Part shown: positions 47,501 through 60,311 of the stretch, in pieces
Position numbering within the stretch: position 1 is the first letter of the stretch
Layout of the letters: each line of letters opens with the position of its first letter
Assembly: GCA_964247055.1 (NCBI GenBank)
Contig: OZ176053.1
Span: 3,472,001 to 3,536,000 of the forward strand
DNA length: 64,000 nt
DNA from: Paragordius varius
Taxonomy: Eukaryota > Animalia > Nematomorpha
Direction of reading: 5' to 3'
Made by a program: the position numbers and the translations under genes
Notes under the pieces: generated by a model
The model's input: only the letters and a program-made list of their open reading frames with translations
Database searches by the model: none
What the model was told of the DNA's origin: nothing

Positions 47501-48835
47501 TCAATTAACAAAATAAGTTTGAATCATATCGAAATTTAAATATATTCATTTTTGAGTATAAATTCGACAAAATTCCATGAAAGTATGTAAAAAGGTAATA
47601 TTAGTTTATACCTACCAAATTTTGTTTTAAATTTAAAACTTATTATAATGTTATCATTTTTGAGAGTAACTTAATTTTATATTTTCAAAAATGGCTTTGT
47701 AAAATCCTCACTCATCTCATAGTTAAATTTTTGAATAATATATTTGAAACCAAATAATTATTCCGTTTTTTTAGGATTTAAGCGCAAAATAAATGATTAT
47801 TTATGATTATTTCTTTTGCATTACAGATCTGTTGGATTTACATCCGTTGCCAATTACGGCTTTGCAAAATCCTTATTTGGAGCTCTTGTATAAGTTTTCG
47901 CATTTCAATCCCATTCAAACTCAAGTATTTCATTGTATGTACCATACTGATCACAATGCTTTGATTGGGGCACCGACGGGATCTGGAAAAACTATTATGG
48001 CAGAATTAGCTATTTTTCGGTTTTTATTTTTTTTATTAAAGCAAAATATAAAAGTCCGATTAATTTTAAGAAAAAGGTAAATGATTGTTATAAAGTCAAC
48101 AATATTTTTAGTTCTTAATTTTCTCTAATTACAGCGTTTATTTAATCAAATAATATGTTGTACCATGCTATATAACACAATAACTATCAGACTTTATAAA
48201 AATATTAATATTAAAACGACATAGTTCTAAGGAGGACATATTATTTATAATTAAGCTCAGATATTAATTATCCCTTATATATTTATATTTCTGTACTAGA
48301 CTTTGGCAAAATTACGTTGGAGAAAAGGCAGTGTACATTGCCCCATTAAAAGCACTCGTTAAAGAACGTATAAAAGATTGGTCAGAACGTTTAACACGGC
48401 TTACACTTTCATCCCTACAACAAAGTAATAAAAATCCCCCTGATGATCCATCATTATTACAAATTCCACCATATTTAACTCATTTAGAAACGACTGATAA
48501 ATCAGTAAATACTCCTTCAACAAGCGATAGCAAACTTTCATCATCATTAAAAAATGGCGAACAAACAATAAAAATTGTTGAACTTACAGGCGACCATTCA
48601 CCTGATATTAGGTTATATACTATATAATTTTTTGTGCGAAAATTTATTTTAAATATTAGTTGACTCATTGGTATATTTTTTGGGCCTCTTAATTGGTTAT
48701 TTGACTCTTAAATTTAATATATTGAGTTGATAATGTAAATTGGTAAATACACGCTATTTTTTAGTATGGATGAGAAAATTTTCATTACAATTTAAAAACG
48801 TTAACCATAAATCTTATAAGAGAGACCGGACCTAC

Positions 48836-48869
<34 letters not shown>

Positions 48870-51800
48870 CTGATTGTCAATTTTATCCTATATTTTGCAA
48901 TGATTAGATCAATTGCTCAAGCTGATTTGATAGTTACTACGCCTGAAAAGTGGGATGGTATTAGCCGAAATTGGCAAACGCGAAATTATGTCCAGAAAGT
49001 GACTTTAATTGTAATGATTATGACTAGTTTTTGTCATTTTTAGGATACTACAACTAAATTAATTATTTTTTTAAAAAAAACAAATTAAATTTGATTATTT
49101 TAAAAGCTATAAATATTTGACGAATAGAATATCAAATTCTAATATTATAGTTTATCAGAAAAATTGATTGCAAAGCACAACTTTTTACTTATATTATAAA
49201 TATTTTAAATTTGATAAATTATATTATTGTGTATCTTTCGATGAATTTTATTTTATAATCAATTTATATTTTTATAAATGTTTCATAGATTATAGATGAA
49301 ATTCATATGTTGGGAAGTAATCGAGGTCCTGTGTTAGAAGCTATTGTGAGCCGAACGAATTACATAACATCACACACGGGGAAACGGGTTCGTATTATTG
49401 GTTTATCTACCGCATTGGCTAACCCCACAGATTTATCTATTTGGCTTGGTAAGGTTTTTGTATTATTTTGCGTATTATATGCATAATATAGAATGTTTGA
49501 GACGCAATATATAATGCATTTTAAATATATAGTTTTAGGTTAAATTGAATATATATGGAATGTCCATGTTTCCAAGGTTTTCTGTGATTATTTATATTTT
49601 CCATACTTAATTTAACGATGTGTGATACATTTAACCTTAAAATTTTTGCATTAAAGTAGGTTATTAATAACTTTTAATGGAATTGTATTATATTATAGCA
49701 GATTTTTTATTAATATAATTAGATTATATTTTTCTCGATTATTTGCTTTCTTCTCAAATTATTGGTTGATTGACACATTAAATGTATTTTGATCTTATCA
49801 GCACATAATTCTTGGATTATAAATTATTCCATTTTTTGAGTTACTATAATACATTTTTTAGGTATCAAATCAAATATTGGACTTTATAACTTCAGACCTT
49901 CGGTTCGCCCTGTACCATTGGAGGCACACATATCAGGATTCCCCGGGAAACATTATTGTCCTCGTATGGCAACTATGAATAAACCAACATATCAAGCCAT
50001 AAAGTACTTTTAAATAATATTACATTATTTAATAAAAAGTTTTTGTGGGATTTATACAATTATAATAATTTTAAATTATTCTATGTTTCTGGCCTGTAAA
50101 TCATTTGTTTTTTGTTATTTTAAGGTAATTTGGTTTACCATTTAAGAATATCCAGTTAGGGTGATATAATTTGTAATTGAATTGGTTTTAATATTTAAAA
50201 TAAATATTTTTTGCCTAAAAAATCTATATTTTTTTAAATTTAGAACATACTCTCCGACCAAACCAACCATAATATTTGTTTCATCTCGACGTCAAACGCG
50301 ACTTACAGCCCTTGATTTAATAGCTTATCTGGCTTTAGAAAATGATCCAAAACAATGGTTAAAATTAACGGATGATGAAATAGAAAATATTGCTTCAACT
50401 GTCAAGGATAGGTAGAGAATTATAATATTTTGATTTAATTTAATAAAGGTTGGAACAGACCTATAAATTTTTTTAAAACATTTTCTTTCAAAACGGTTCC
50501 GAAACTTTTCTAACTGGTGTGAAATTTTTAAAAAAATGTTTTTTACAAATTTTGATACATATTATACTTAAAGATATTATTTATTTTATTATAGATATAT
50601 AATTTTTTTGAGAGAAAAGTGGCACATAATATATTATTGCGTGCATGCTTATATTTTAGGTGATTTATTCCATTGTGTTATTAAATAATTATTAAGGCAT
50701 ATGTTAAAAAAAGAAGGAACTATTTTATTTTAAAAAACAATGGAACCGAAACAAAAAACGGTTTAAATGTTTAAAAAACAACATTATAATTTGCTACATT
50801 ATTTTTATATTATATTTTTTGTTTGAATATATATAGCAATTTAGCCCATTTTCTGCTATTTGGCATTGGAATGCATCATGCTGGTCTGCATGAAAGAGAC
50901 CGCAAAATAGTTGAAGAACTTTTTGTGAATCAAAAAATTTTAGTGCTTATTGCAACCTCAACCTTGGCTTGGGGTGTTAATTATCCGGCACATTTAGTCG
51001 TAATCAAAGGAACCGAATTTTATGATGGAAAAACTCACAAATACGTCGATTTCCCCATAATGGGTTAATAGTATATAATATTAAATAAATTTAACTCCGC
51101 CATAATGACCCCAATTATGGGTAAAATACATAGATGATGATCCATCAGGATGAAAATAAAATTAAAATTTATTTTATATTCATTTTTTAATATATATATG
51201 TATATATATATATATATATATGATTATTTAATTTTATAAGGTGAGGTTGATTGAGAGAGAGATTTACTAAAATTAGTTTTTTCGTAGTTTCATGTTAGAA
51301 TGACTGATAAGTTACTTGATTATATATTCGCTAAAAGATTTAAATTTATACCACACTTCTCATGAACTATTTATTAATATATGATGGGTTAAAACCCTCT
51401 ATTTTAATCAAAGAGTTTTACCTTATTATAGTTGCTATTCATGTTTTAATACATATATATTTCAATATGTTTAGATGTGTTACAAATGATGGGGCGAGCT
51501 GGAAGACCCCAATACGACGATCAAGGCGTTGCAGTCATTTTAGTTCAGGATTGTAAGAAACAATTTTACAAAAAATTCTTATACGATCCTTTCCCGGTCG
51601 AATCTAATTTATTAGAAGTAATGCTCTGTAAAACTTTATTAATTAGCATTTTCCATTTAAAGCAACGTTTTTTGCAGAGCACATTCAAAGTTTTTCACTT
51701 AAAGATAACATTATATATTTTATCAATTTTTTGATGGTTTATAGGATCGAGAAGTCTTTGAATTGAAGATTACTCTTATAAAGTCTATTTTTTAAAATGA

Positions 51801-54800
51801 AAAAATTGCATATCAAAAATAAATTTTCTTTTCTTTGTTTGTTATTAAGATAACTTATATTTTTGGTAAATAAATTAATACAGTATTCATTTTAATGGTT
51901 TTACACTATAGTTGGGCAATTTGCAACACAGTAGTGTATGGAAAAAACAATAAAATTCTGAATAAACAATTTTTTTCTTTTTCCATACACTACTGTGTTG
52001 CAAATTGCCCAACTATAGTGCGAATCCATTAAAATGCATACTGTAATAGGTGATTGCAGATCATATGAATGCAGAAATCGTGGCCGGTACTATACAATCA
52101 AAACAGGAGGCTTTGGATTATTTAACTTGGACCTTCTTTTTTAGGCGAGTTTGGCGTAATCCTTCATACTATGGTCTAGTCTCCAATCAACTTGAAAATG
52201 ATACATCTGACCAAACAAAGCAGATTGATGCAAAAAGTAAATATAATGTTAATTAAAATTCGCTAAATTTAGCAATAATTGAATTACCATAAATTTCCAC
52301 CTACCGCTGGTAAACTTTGACAAACAAAATTCCATTTTTTTGCATCTAGAGTTCTTACCGCCAGTCTGACCTTTTAGGAATGCAGTCATTCGCGGTCATA
52401 ACCAGTCAATTTTTAATGCAAGTAAAAAATAAGTTTGTAACTATCTATTGAAGAATAATAATATTTAGCAATTTGGTAAATTTTAAAATCCAAATCTTCC
52501 AATTTTTTTAAAAATTCAAATTTTATAACATTCATATTCACTGGACAAAATTTTTAAATATTTTATATTGTTGGCATTAAAAACCGACACAGTCATGATT
52601 ATAAATTCATGCTAAAACAGTCAACTCCAACATAATTAGGATGTTTAATATATTAAATATCCTGTTTTGGTTTTATATAGCTGTCAACGAATATTTAAGC
52701 GGATTAATAGAAAACACACTCCGTGACCTAGAAAATTCACATTGCATACAATTTGATGAAGATCAAAGGTTTAATCACATTTACATAATATTGCATTTAT
52801 TTTTTATTTTCACCGCCAATCTTACTTTATAATCTATAACTATATTGTAGAACTATTTATCCAACTCTGTATGGGCAAATTTCATCATTTTATTACCTGT
52901 GTCATTTAACGATTCAAACATTTTGTGCCCACAAAAATCAATACTTTCGAACAAATATGGATAGCCTGCCAAATGCTATAAATTCAATTCTCCAATGCGT
53001 TTCAAGCGCTCATGAATATGCTGAAATGCCGGTCCGTCACAATGAAGACGCAATGAATGCCGAGCTATCCGATTCTGTCCAATATAAAGTTTTCCAAATA
53101 TATACTTTTTAAAATATTTGGCATCTACTGTGCTAGAAAAAAAACGAATAAAACTCTGGTTTTTTGTAAGAAAATTTTAAAGAATTTTTAAGTGATTATT
53201 AAGGACACGTGAGAAGAATTATTTGAAAAAAATATTATCCCATAAGATAATTTGAAACACATAGCGCATAGTAGGTTCTATTAATATTCATCCCAATACG
53301 AAATATTCTAGCCGGTCAAATCATATGTTAACATTATATAGTTTCTCTTTTTGAAACAAAATTTCATTTGTGAGATATTGTATATATTTTAATAACTCCC
53401 CAAGTTAAACATAATTGGGTCTAATTTTTATTACTTTCTTGAACTAAAAGTAAAATTGCCATTTTTAAATCTTTGTTACGCTAAATTTAGGTTGATCCTT
53501 CTACGTTTGATTCACCCCATACAAAAGTTAATTTATTATTACAATGTCATTTCGGGCGTGTCAAATTGCCGTGTTCCGATTACTTTACTGACACAAAATC
53601 TATGCTTGATCAAATTTCTCGTATACTCCAGGTACACTGTTTTTTCTTATTACTTAAACATTTGTTATGTTAAAGATGTGTATTAGGGATATAAACTAAA
53701 ACCATTGTTTTTACCGTACCGTTTTGAAACTGTTTCAATTTATATGATACCTTTTAATCGATTTTATCTGATATAAAAATAATGGATAAGATATTACAGA
53801 GAAAAAAGGAAACAATATAATCTTTTTGTAAAGAAGCAATCGAAGCGGAATCGTTCAAAAAAAATTTTACAAAAAAACAGTTATAACGCAACCGTTGCCA
53901 AAAAATTTTGCAAAAGCAATGGAGTTGAGATTCTAATATTCATTCGTTAAATATTTTTGGGAAACGGGAGTTTTATTTTAAAGAATTACTTGGATCTATT
54001 ATAAAATTAGTCTTAACCTGCAAATTATGAAAAGAAATATAGTAAACGAACACTGTATTATATTAACTACTTTTTTATTACTTTTATATAAAAATAAGGC
54101 TTTGTTGGACATAGTTGCTGAAGATGGGTTATTGGGTATGGCGCTCTGTATCATAAATTTCATGCAAATGTGCTCTCAAGCCCTTTGGTATTCTGATTCT
54201 CCACTGCTAATGTTACCACATTTAAAACCTGAACATTTATTTATATTTAGGTAATAGTAAGTAACTTAGATAAACTTATTCAATGTTTTTAGCAATAAAT
54301 GTATGATATGAAAAAATAAAATTTTCCGCGAAGATGGATAACACATTTCTTCGATGTTTGAAACGTTTAAGTTTTATACGATAATAAACTTTTGTAATTT
54401 TCAATTTTTTTATAAATATTTTTATTAGCAAAATAGCAACAAATATCCCACAACTTGTTAGGTTTTGTCAGGAAGAACGTTCAAAATTAAGGGAATTGTT
54501 AGTGCGCGATCCATATTTTACTCATTCTCGAGTTGAAGATGTATATTAATTTTATTTTTTTTAATTTAAATATATATTTTATATATGACTAATTTTTACT
54601 TATATAGATATTTACAGCGCTAATCAAGTTTCCTTTAATAAAGATTGATGCAAAACTTATTAATGATTCTAAAACTAAATCATTGGACCTTACAAGTATA
54701 TTTACATTCATATGTTTAATTCAATTAAATATTATTCATATAATTATCTATATTATTCAAAATAATATATTTTATTGCGAATATTAGAAATGCCTAAATC

Positions 54801-55944
54801 TGACCAATGGGTTAGGGTGGAGTCAAATCAAAATTTATCAATACAGATAACATTCCATTGCCTAAATAAAATTCATGTATGATATATTAAATTATAATTA
54901 ATTTAATCAGAATTATTAATATATGAACAGCTGAACAGCTTATTTTACTAAATTTTAAAATGTTTAGTAAAAATTATATTTTAAAACCAAATCGCTTTTT
55001 ATTGTGACAATTTTTGATATCAGAAAAGGAGTATGAAAGCATACTGCCCGCGTTTTCCAAAAGATAAAGATGAATCTTGGTTTATGATATTGGCAACAAC
55101 TGATAATCCCGAATTAATAGCTCTGAAACGAATGGGACCTGTAAATACAAATAGACCTTCGACATCAAACATAATGTTTCAGGCACCTGATTTAAAAGGT
55201 TACGTGCGCATGTTTTGAATTGCATATTTTTACTGTATAGACCTGTGTTTACCCGCTAATAATAAAAACCGGTTAGACAATATAAGATTATAGTCATTAA
55301 CAATCATAAGCAATCAATAAATACCACAAATGCAAATATATGACAAAATATTTACATTCCATGGCATCTTAAATTTTCAAAAATATTTAAAGTTTAGATG
55401 TTATAAAAATGGTGTATGGAAGAACGACTGCTTATGATAGAGAGTGTGACTGGTCATACTCAACCCTACTTTTATAAAATTGATCGATATTAACCAAAAA
55501 AGGGGCCAACAAAGTCCTATTACCTTGCCACCTTCCCGCGGTGTTGGCTGGGGCATGAAAATGCGCTAACGGCAAAGGCCAGTTTTCTAATATCTGTAAA
55601 TCATCATTTGTTGTACACAAGGGCATGTGTTATGTAAAAAAATCGCCTCAGAATAACACGAAGTATAAATATTATTAATATAAATTATATCGTGAAAACT
55701 CTGAATCCGGAGTCCTGACCCTTTTATGTTTTACCAAAAATGCATAATTGGATTGTATATGTATTATTTTTCATTTAGTTTTATGAAATCAACTCCATAG
55801 TTTACATTTTACATGTATTGCTATACAATTCAATTTATATAATTTTTTATATGCATAGGCCCCATATTATACACATTATACATAATGAGTGATTGTTATA
55901 TCGGCCTCGATCAACAATACCAATTTGGAATCAATATAGTTTAG
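35568..55944 (+). CDS. ASCC3: Activating signal cointegrator 1 complex subunit 3, tandem Ski2-like helicase with Sec63 domains; start codon uncertain
   Basis: Cassette 1: [37 protein letters not shown]. Cassette 2: [50 protein letters not shown]. Last exon 55859-55944 [22 protein letters not shown] in the second cassette favours ASCC3 over BRR2. Confidence 0.93.
43250..43517. mobile_element. MITE family A copy 4, left end truncated
   Basis: Internal and right-end sequence (repeated gggtgaatttgaattgttc units) match copies 2 and 3. Confidence 0.65.
51881..52043. mobile_element. Palindromic Tc1/mariner-type MITE, family B (TA|CAGT..ACTG|TA)
   Basis: Perfect 43-bp inverted repeat (51904-51946 vs 51978-52020) plus outer arms cagtattcattttaatgg / ccattaaaatgcatactg. 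Confidence 0.85.
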
Positions 55945-56682
55945 GAAAAAGCGGTGTTAGTCAATTAATACGTTAACATATAGTAATAATTATATTTATT
56001 TATCTATGATACAAAAATAGAAAATAAATGATATGTGTGCCAATAATTATATTTTTTATAACCAAAATAAATACTCTTTAACGTAATTAAATTACTTTTG
56101 GAATGCATTTTTCAACAAATTATAAATGATTCATTATATTTACATATTTTGCCAACTAATTATATTTATGCATGAGTGCTTGTTTTTAATTTAGCTTATT
56201 AAAAAAGATGCAAACATAAAAATATTTTAAATATTACCCTTGAAAGAAACGTAGACCCAATCATATATGCTATATGTTTTACTTACTCCTCTTCTCCAAA
56301 AAATTGCCATTAAAAAATCAATACTTATTATAGGCCTGTAAAAATATGTTTGCGTGTACTTTTTTTTGTGTTCAAAGGAAATGTCTAATTTTTTGTTTTG
56401 AAATGTAAAAACAAACTGCATATTAGGAGGGTTAAATAGGTAGTATACTTTTTTTCCTAAGAATTTTGCTATTTACTTAACTAATAAAATATTGTCACAA
56501 GAAATTAATAATATAAGAAAAATTTATATTTATTTGGCATTACTATCATATAAAATAAAATAACTATAAATATAAATAATAATTAATGATGACATGTAAT
56601 ATAAAAGACATATTGCATCAGATGATATCAGTATTGTTTCAAGTTTTAGAGATATCTGGTAAGAATGTGATTCTATAATTAA

Positions 56683-57754
56683 TTAATTAACGATTCCCGG
56701 TGACAATTGCGCTGACGATATTATACCTTTCCTAAACAAAAAAGTAGCGTAAATTATCTTTGTATTTAAAAATATTTTTAAATTAACCAAAAACGAATAA
56801 GATTTATTGAAAATATGACAACTCTTTTATCTGGAAAAAATTAGCTTTATATAAATAAAATAAAAATAATGGAGAAAAATATTTTTACTCGCATAAAAAT
56901 TGTTCCAAATCTTTGAACGTAAAATTTCTTTTGAGATATTCATGGAGCTTGACAAAATGTGTCAAAAGCTCACCACCCTTGTAAATCAGTAAAGCAGGTA
57001 CGCCATTTGATGACTATAGTGTATAAAAATAAAAAATTTACAAAGTTTTTGCTAATACCAGGTATTTGTGTGGGTGCTGCACAAAATTTTATATAGGGGT
57101 ACATTTTAGAAAAATTTTCCATCATTTGATAAAGTTTTGGATCTGAATTGAGCTAAAAGAGAGGTAAAAAATACGGTTTTACTTCATTGTATATATAGAT
57201 AATGACTAAAACATTAGTATCCTCTTGATCCACATTCCGTATATAATCTTCTCCATTTTGAATTTTAATTAAAGATCCGAACACAGGACTAAAATTGAGA
57301 TAAATAATACAGTTTCTGTAGTTTTGATAGCATTTCTTGCATCTTCTTTTGCCGATAATATTCAAAAAATTCTTTGTCATCTTCATCCATTTCGTTTTGA
57401 ACTTGCTCATCAATTTCACGACATTTTTGGTCCAATTGCTTTTCAATCGACTAAATTTTAAATGTAATTTACATGTGGTAACACGGTAAAAGCAGATTTT
57501 TGTACGCTTTCATAAAGTTCTTTTTGTTTCTTATCTTTTTCAGCCTTCTTAAATTTTTCGTATTCTTTAAAATCTTCGATTACGCCTTTTGGACCAGTCT
57601 ATGTTAAAATTTAATATACTTGTTGGGTTGAACCAGTGACATCCTTCATTACCAATTCTTTCCTTGGTGAAAAATTTCTTTCAACTTCTTCATCTGAAGA
57701 ACTACAGTACGATTCCTTTGGGCCTCCCAATATCTTATCCTCTAGTGTAGACAT
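56683..57754 (-). CDS. PDCL: Phosducin-like protein (PhLP1), 7 exons
   Basis: Exons 57754-57620, 57598-57473, 57450-57311, 57288-57183, 57152-57042, 57013-56889, 56731-56683 give MSTLEDKILG..YCSSSDEE..TGPKGVIEDF..DDKEFFEYYRQKKMQEM..NGVPALLIYKGGEL..DLEQFL, the diagnostic PhLP1 motifs (TGPKGV, LPALLIYKGGEL). Confidence 0.92.
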
Positions 57755-59501
57755 AACCTAATGGGTTTAACTAAAAAACATTTCAGTTGTTTTATTTATA
57801 AAATATAATCCTGGTTATTGCCATAAATATAATGTTGTTAATTCACAGCCACGAGAATCGATCACTTTCAGCAAAGAATTTTAGCAAAATTACCCTTTTA
57901 ACCGGCAAAAATAATAAATATAAAAAACTTTTATACCTTGAGTTTTTATAATAAAAGGTCATACCTATGATTACAAAATTAAAATCATACAAACAAATCG
58001 TAGAAACTTATAGAAAAATATTTTTTTAAAAATCGTTGTACTTTTATCACTTACATTTTTTAAATTTTTGACAATAGAGCTTAAAAAACAAATTAGTGTT
58101 GTGAAGGTGATTCGACATAAATTTAATATCGAACCTTCTCTCTCCTGTAATTTCTATGGTTTTTTTTCTGAGTCCTAAAATTATAGTTCCGAAATTTGAT
58201 TGAAAATAGCTGGTATAAAATAAATAAATAGCAAATATTCTGGTAAATTGTAATTGAAAGTTCAAAGTTAATTAAATATTTTAATCCTAATATACAGTTT
58301 GGTATAATTAACGATATTTTAGAAAAAAAAAATTGACGGCGAAAATTGTTGCGGGGTTTTTTTCAATTATAATTTAAAAAACTTATTTGTATTGACCTTT
58401 TAAAAGTCATAATCTGATTTACTATGCCAAAACCCCAAGAATTGACTTCATTTTTTGAATAACAAAAATTGAACACAATCCATTATATATTTTGAAATTG
58501 TAACTTATAATTTATACATAATTAACTATGTAATCAGGCTAAATATAAAAAAGAAATTGACACTTGGATACAAATTGGAGTACCTATATACCTCAGACTA
58601 TATTTAAGTTAATATTTTTCAAAACTACTGAATGAAAGAGTCCCAATTTAAATTCATTCCTCTATCCTGATAAATATTATATAAATATACCGAAATATAT
58701 AGATAAAAATTAGTATTGAAAAAAGTTCCATATCAAACGACATCGACGCCATTTTTATTTTGCAAAAAGGTAAAATTAAAGCTAATTTATTATTTAAATC
58801 TAATCTAACATTGATAGAAACAGAAAAAGTAGGTAATTTTGTATTAATCTTAAATTTAGCTAATGCCCACATGTCATGTTGACTAAAACCTTTGAATTTT
58901 ATTTTAAAATTAATAGCATATTTTTGAATGAACCCTTTTATATTTCGGTCATTAATGTTATATAAGTGCAAACTTTTGCCATGGTTTCGGTTTCTTCAAT
59001 ATTTATTGAAGTATTTAATTTTAAACAGGCCCAATTTGAATTGAAGGACTGAAATGTATCCAAGCGTTAAATCCTAAAGCGTTCACTCGATAGAGTTTTA
59101 GGCCAAATTATGATTTTTTTATTTAATTCCTTTCAGTTCAGATAGCCTTTAAAAATTCGAAAATCTTTTCAATAATACGCCTTTTCCTCTATATAGTTTT
59201 TTATTTTATTTGTTCTAATTTTTGGCTGAGACAGAAAAATAAAATAGTACTTCCATTTATGATTTCAATTATTTTTCTAAAGTTATTTGCTAGGTATATA
59301 ATCATAATTAATAATGTTTTGATCCTCATCTTGCAGCACAGTGTTACACAGGACAAGAGTTATTTTGCCAAAATTTTGTAAATTAAAATGTTATTAGAAA
59401 ATTAAATAAATATTGCCACCTATATGATTTTCAATGAGTTACCCTCTGCGAAAAACATTCTTTGTAAAAGATTGCAAATATATGATTTTTTTTGAGTAGA
59501 G

Positions 59502-59575
59502 CAGGGGTGTCCAACAAATGGCTTGAAGAGCCACATTTTCGACCTCAAAAATCCGAAGAGCCACGTTTGAATTAG
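59502..59575. mobile_element. Single hAT-type terminus (CAGGGGTGTCCAAC); partner end not in the window
   Basis: Typical hAT/Charlie terminal motif followed by a duplicated GAAGAGCCAC subterminal motif. Confidence 0.5.
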
Positions 59576-60311
59576 TATCACATCATAAGAATCAAATAAT
59601 TTATTATATAAACATATAGAGATATCTTTATTTTCTAAATAACAAAATAAATACTAAAAATATTTTAATATTGCTAAATTTATGTTATACTATGTGTAAA
59701 AAATTTGATGAAATACATCGAGAAATCGATGAATTTTTCACAGAAAACAATTTAAACTTACCACACTTAGATTCTTGCTGAACTGTTAGCAATTTTTAAA
59801 TCGAAAAATTAGAAATATATGTATGGGCTATCGAGGAATCTTTTATAAATACTTTTCACTAAATAATTAACATCTCAAAATTTTTAAAAAGCCACAAGTG
59901 CGACTAGATAGAAATAATACACATCGCAACTTGTATTTAGTCACTGATAATCACCCAATTAATATTAGCCTAACTTGAAATGAATACTTAGAAGGTTTAT
60001 ACTAAAAAAGATTCAAAAAAATTTACATGCTCTCATACAACTACTGAAGGTTATCTATCGGAAAAAGGGAGCTACTAATAGAAACGAGCAATAATCGATT
60101 TAATATTCACCACATTGAAGGTAACATTGAGTGGATATGTAAAAGCCGGTGTTTTGTTAAGATAACTATTGTTATTTGAGTATTTATAAAATATTTTTTA
60201 TTATTCATTATATTCAGTTACCTAAGAGCAGAAATCTCCATTTGTATGTTCATATTGTAATTATTATCAGCTTAAGGAATTTAAGAGTGTTTGTTGTGTT
60301 GTTGTTGTTGT

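Noticed and set aside
35568-55944. Assignment as SNRNP200/BRR2
   Set aside because: The second cassette keeps [12 protein letters not shown] and KGTEFYDGK, and the C-terminus [11 protein letters not shown] is ASCC3-like.
60270-60290. Target-site duplication for the RTE
   Set aside because: The best match (ttttaaa vs tcttaaa) is short, imperfect and expected in AT-rich flanks.
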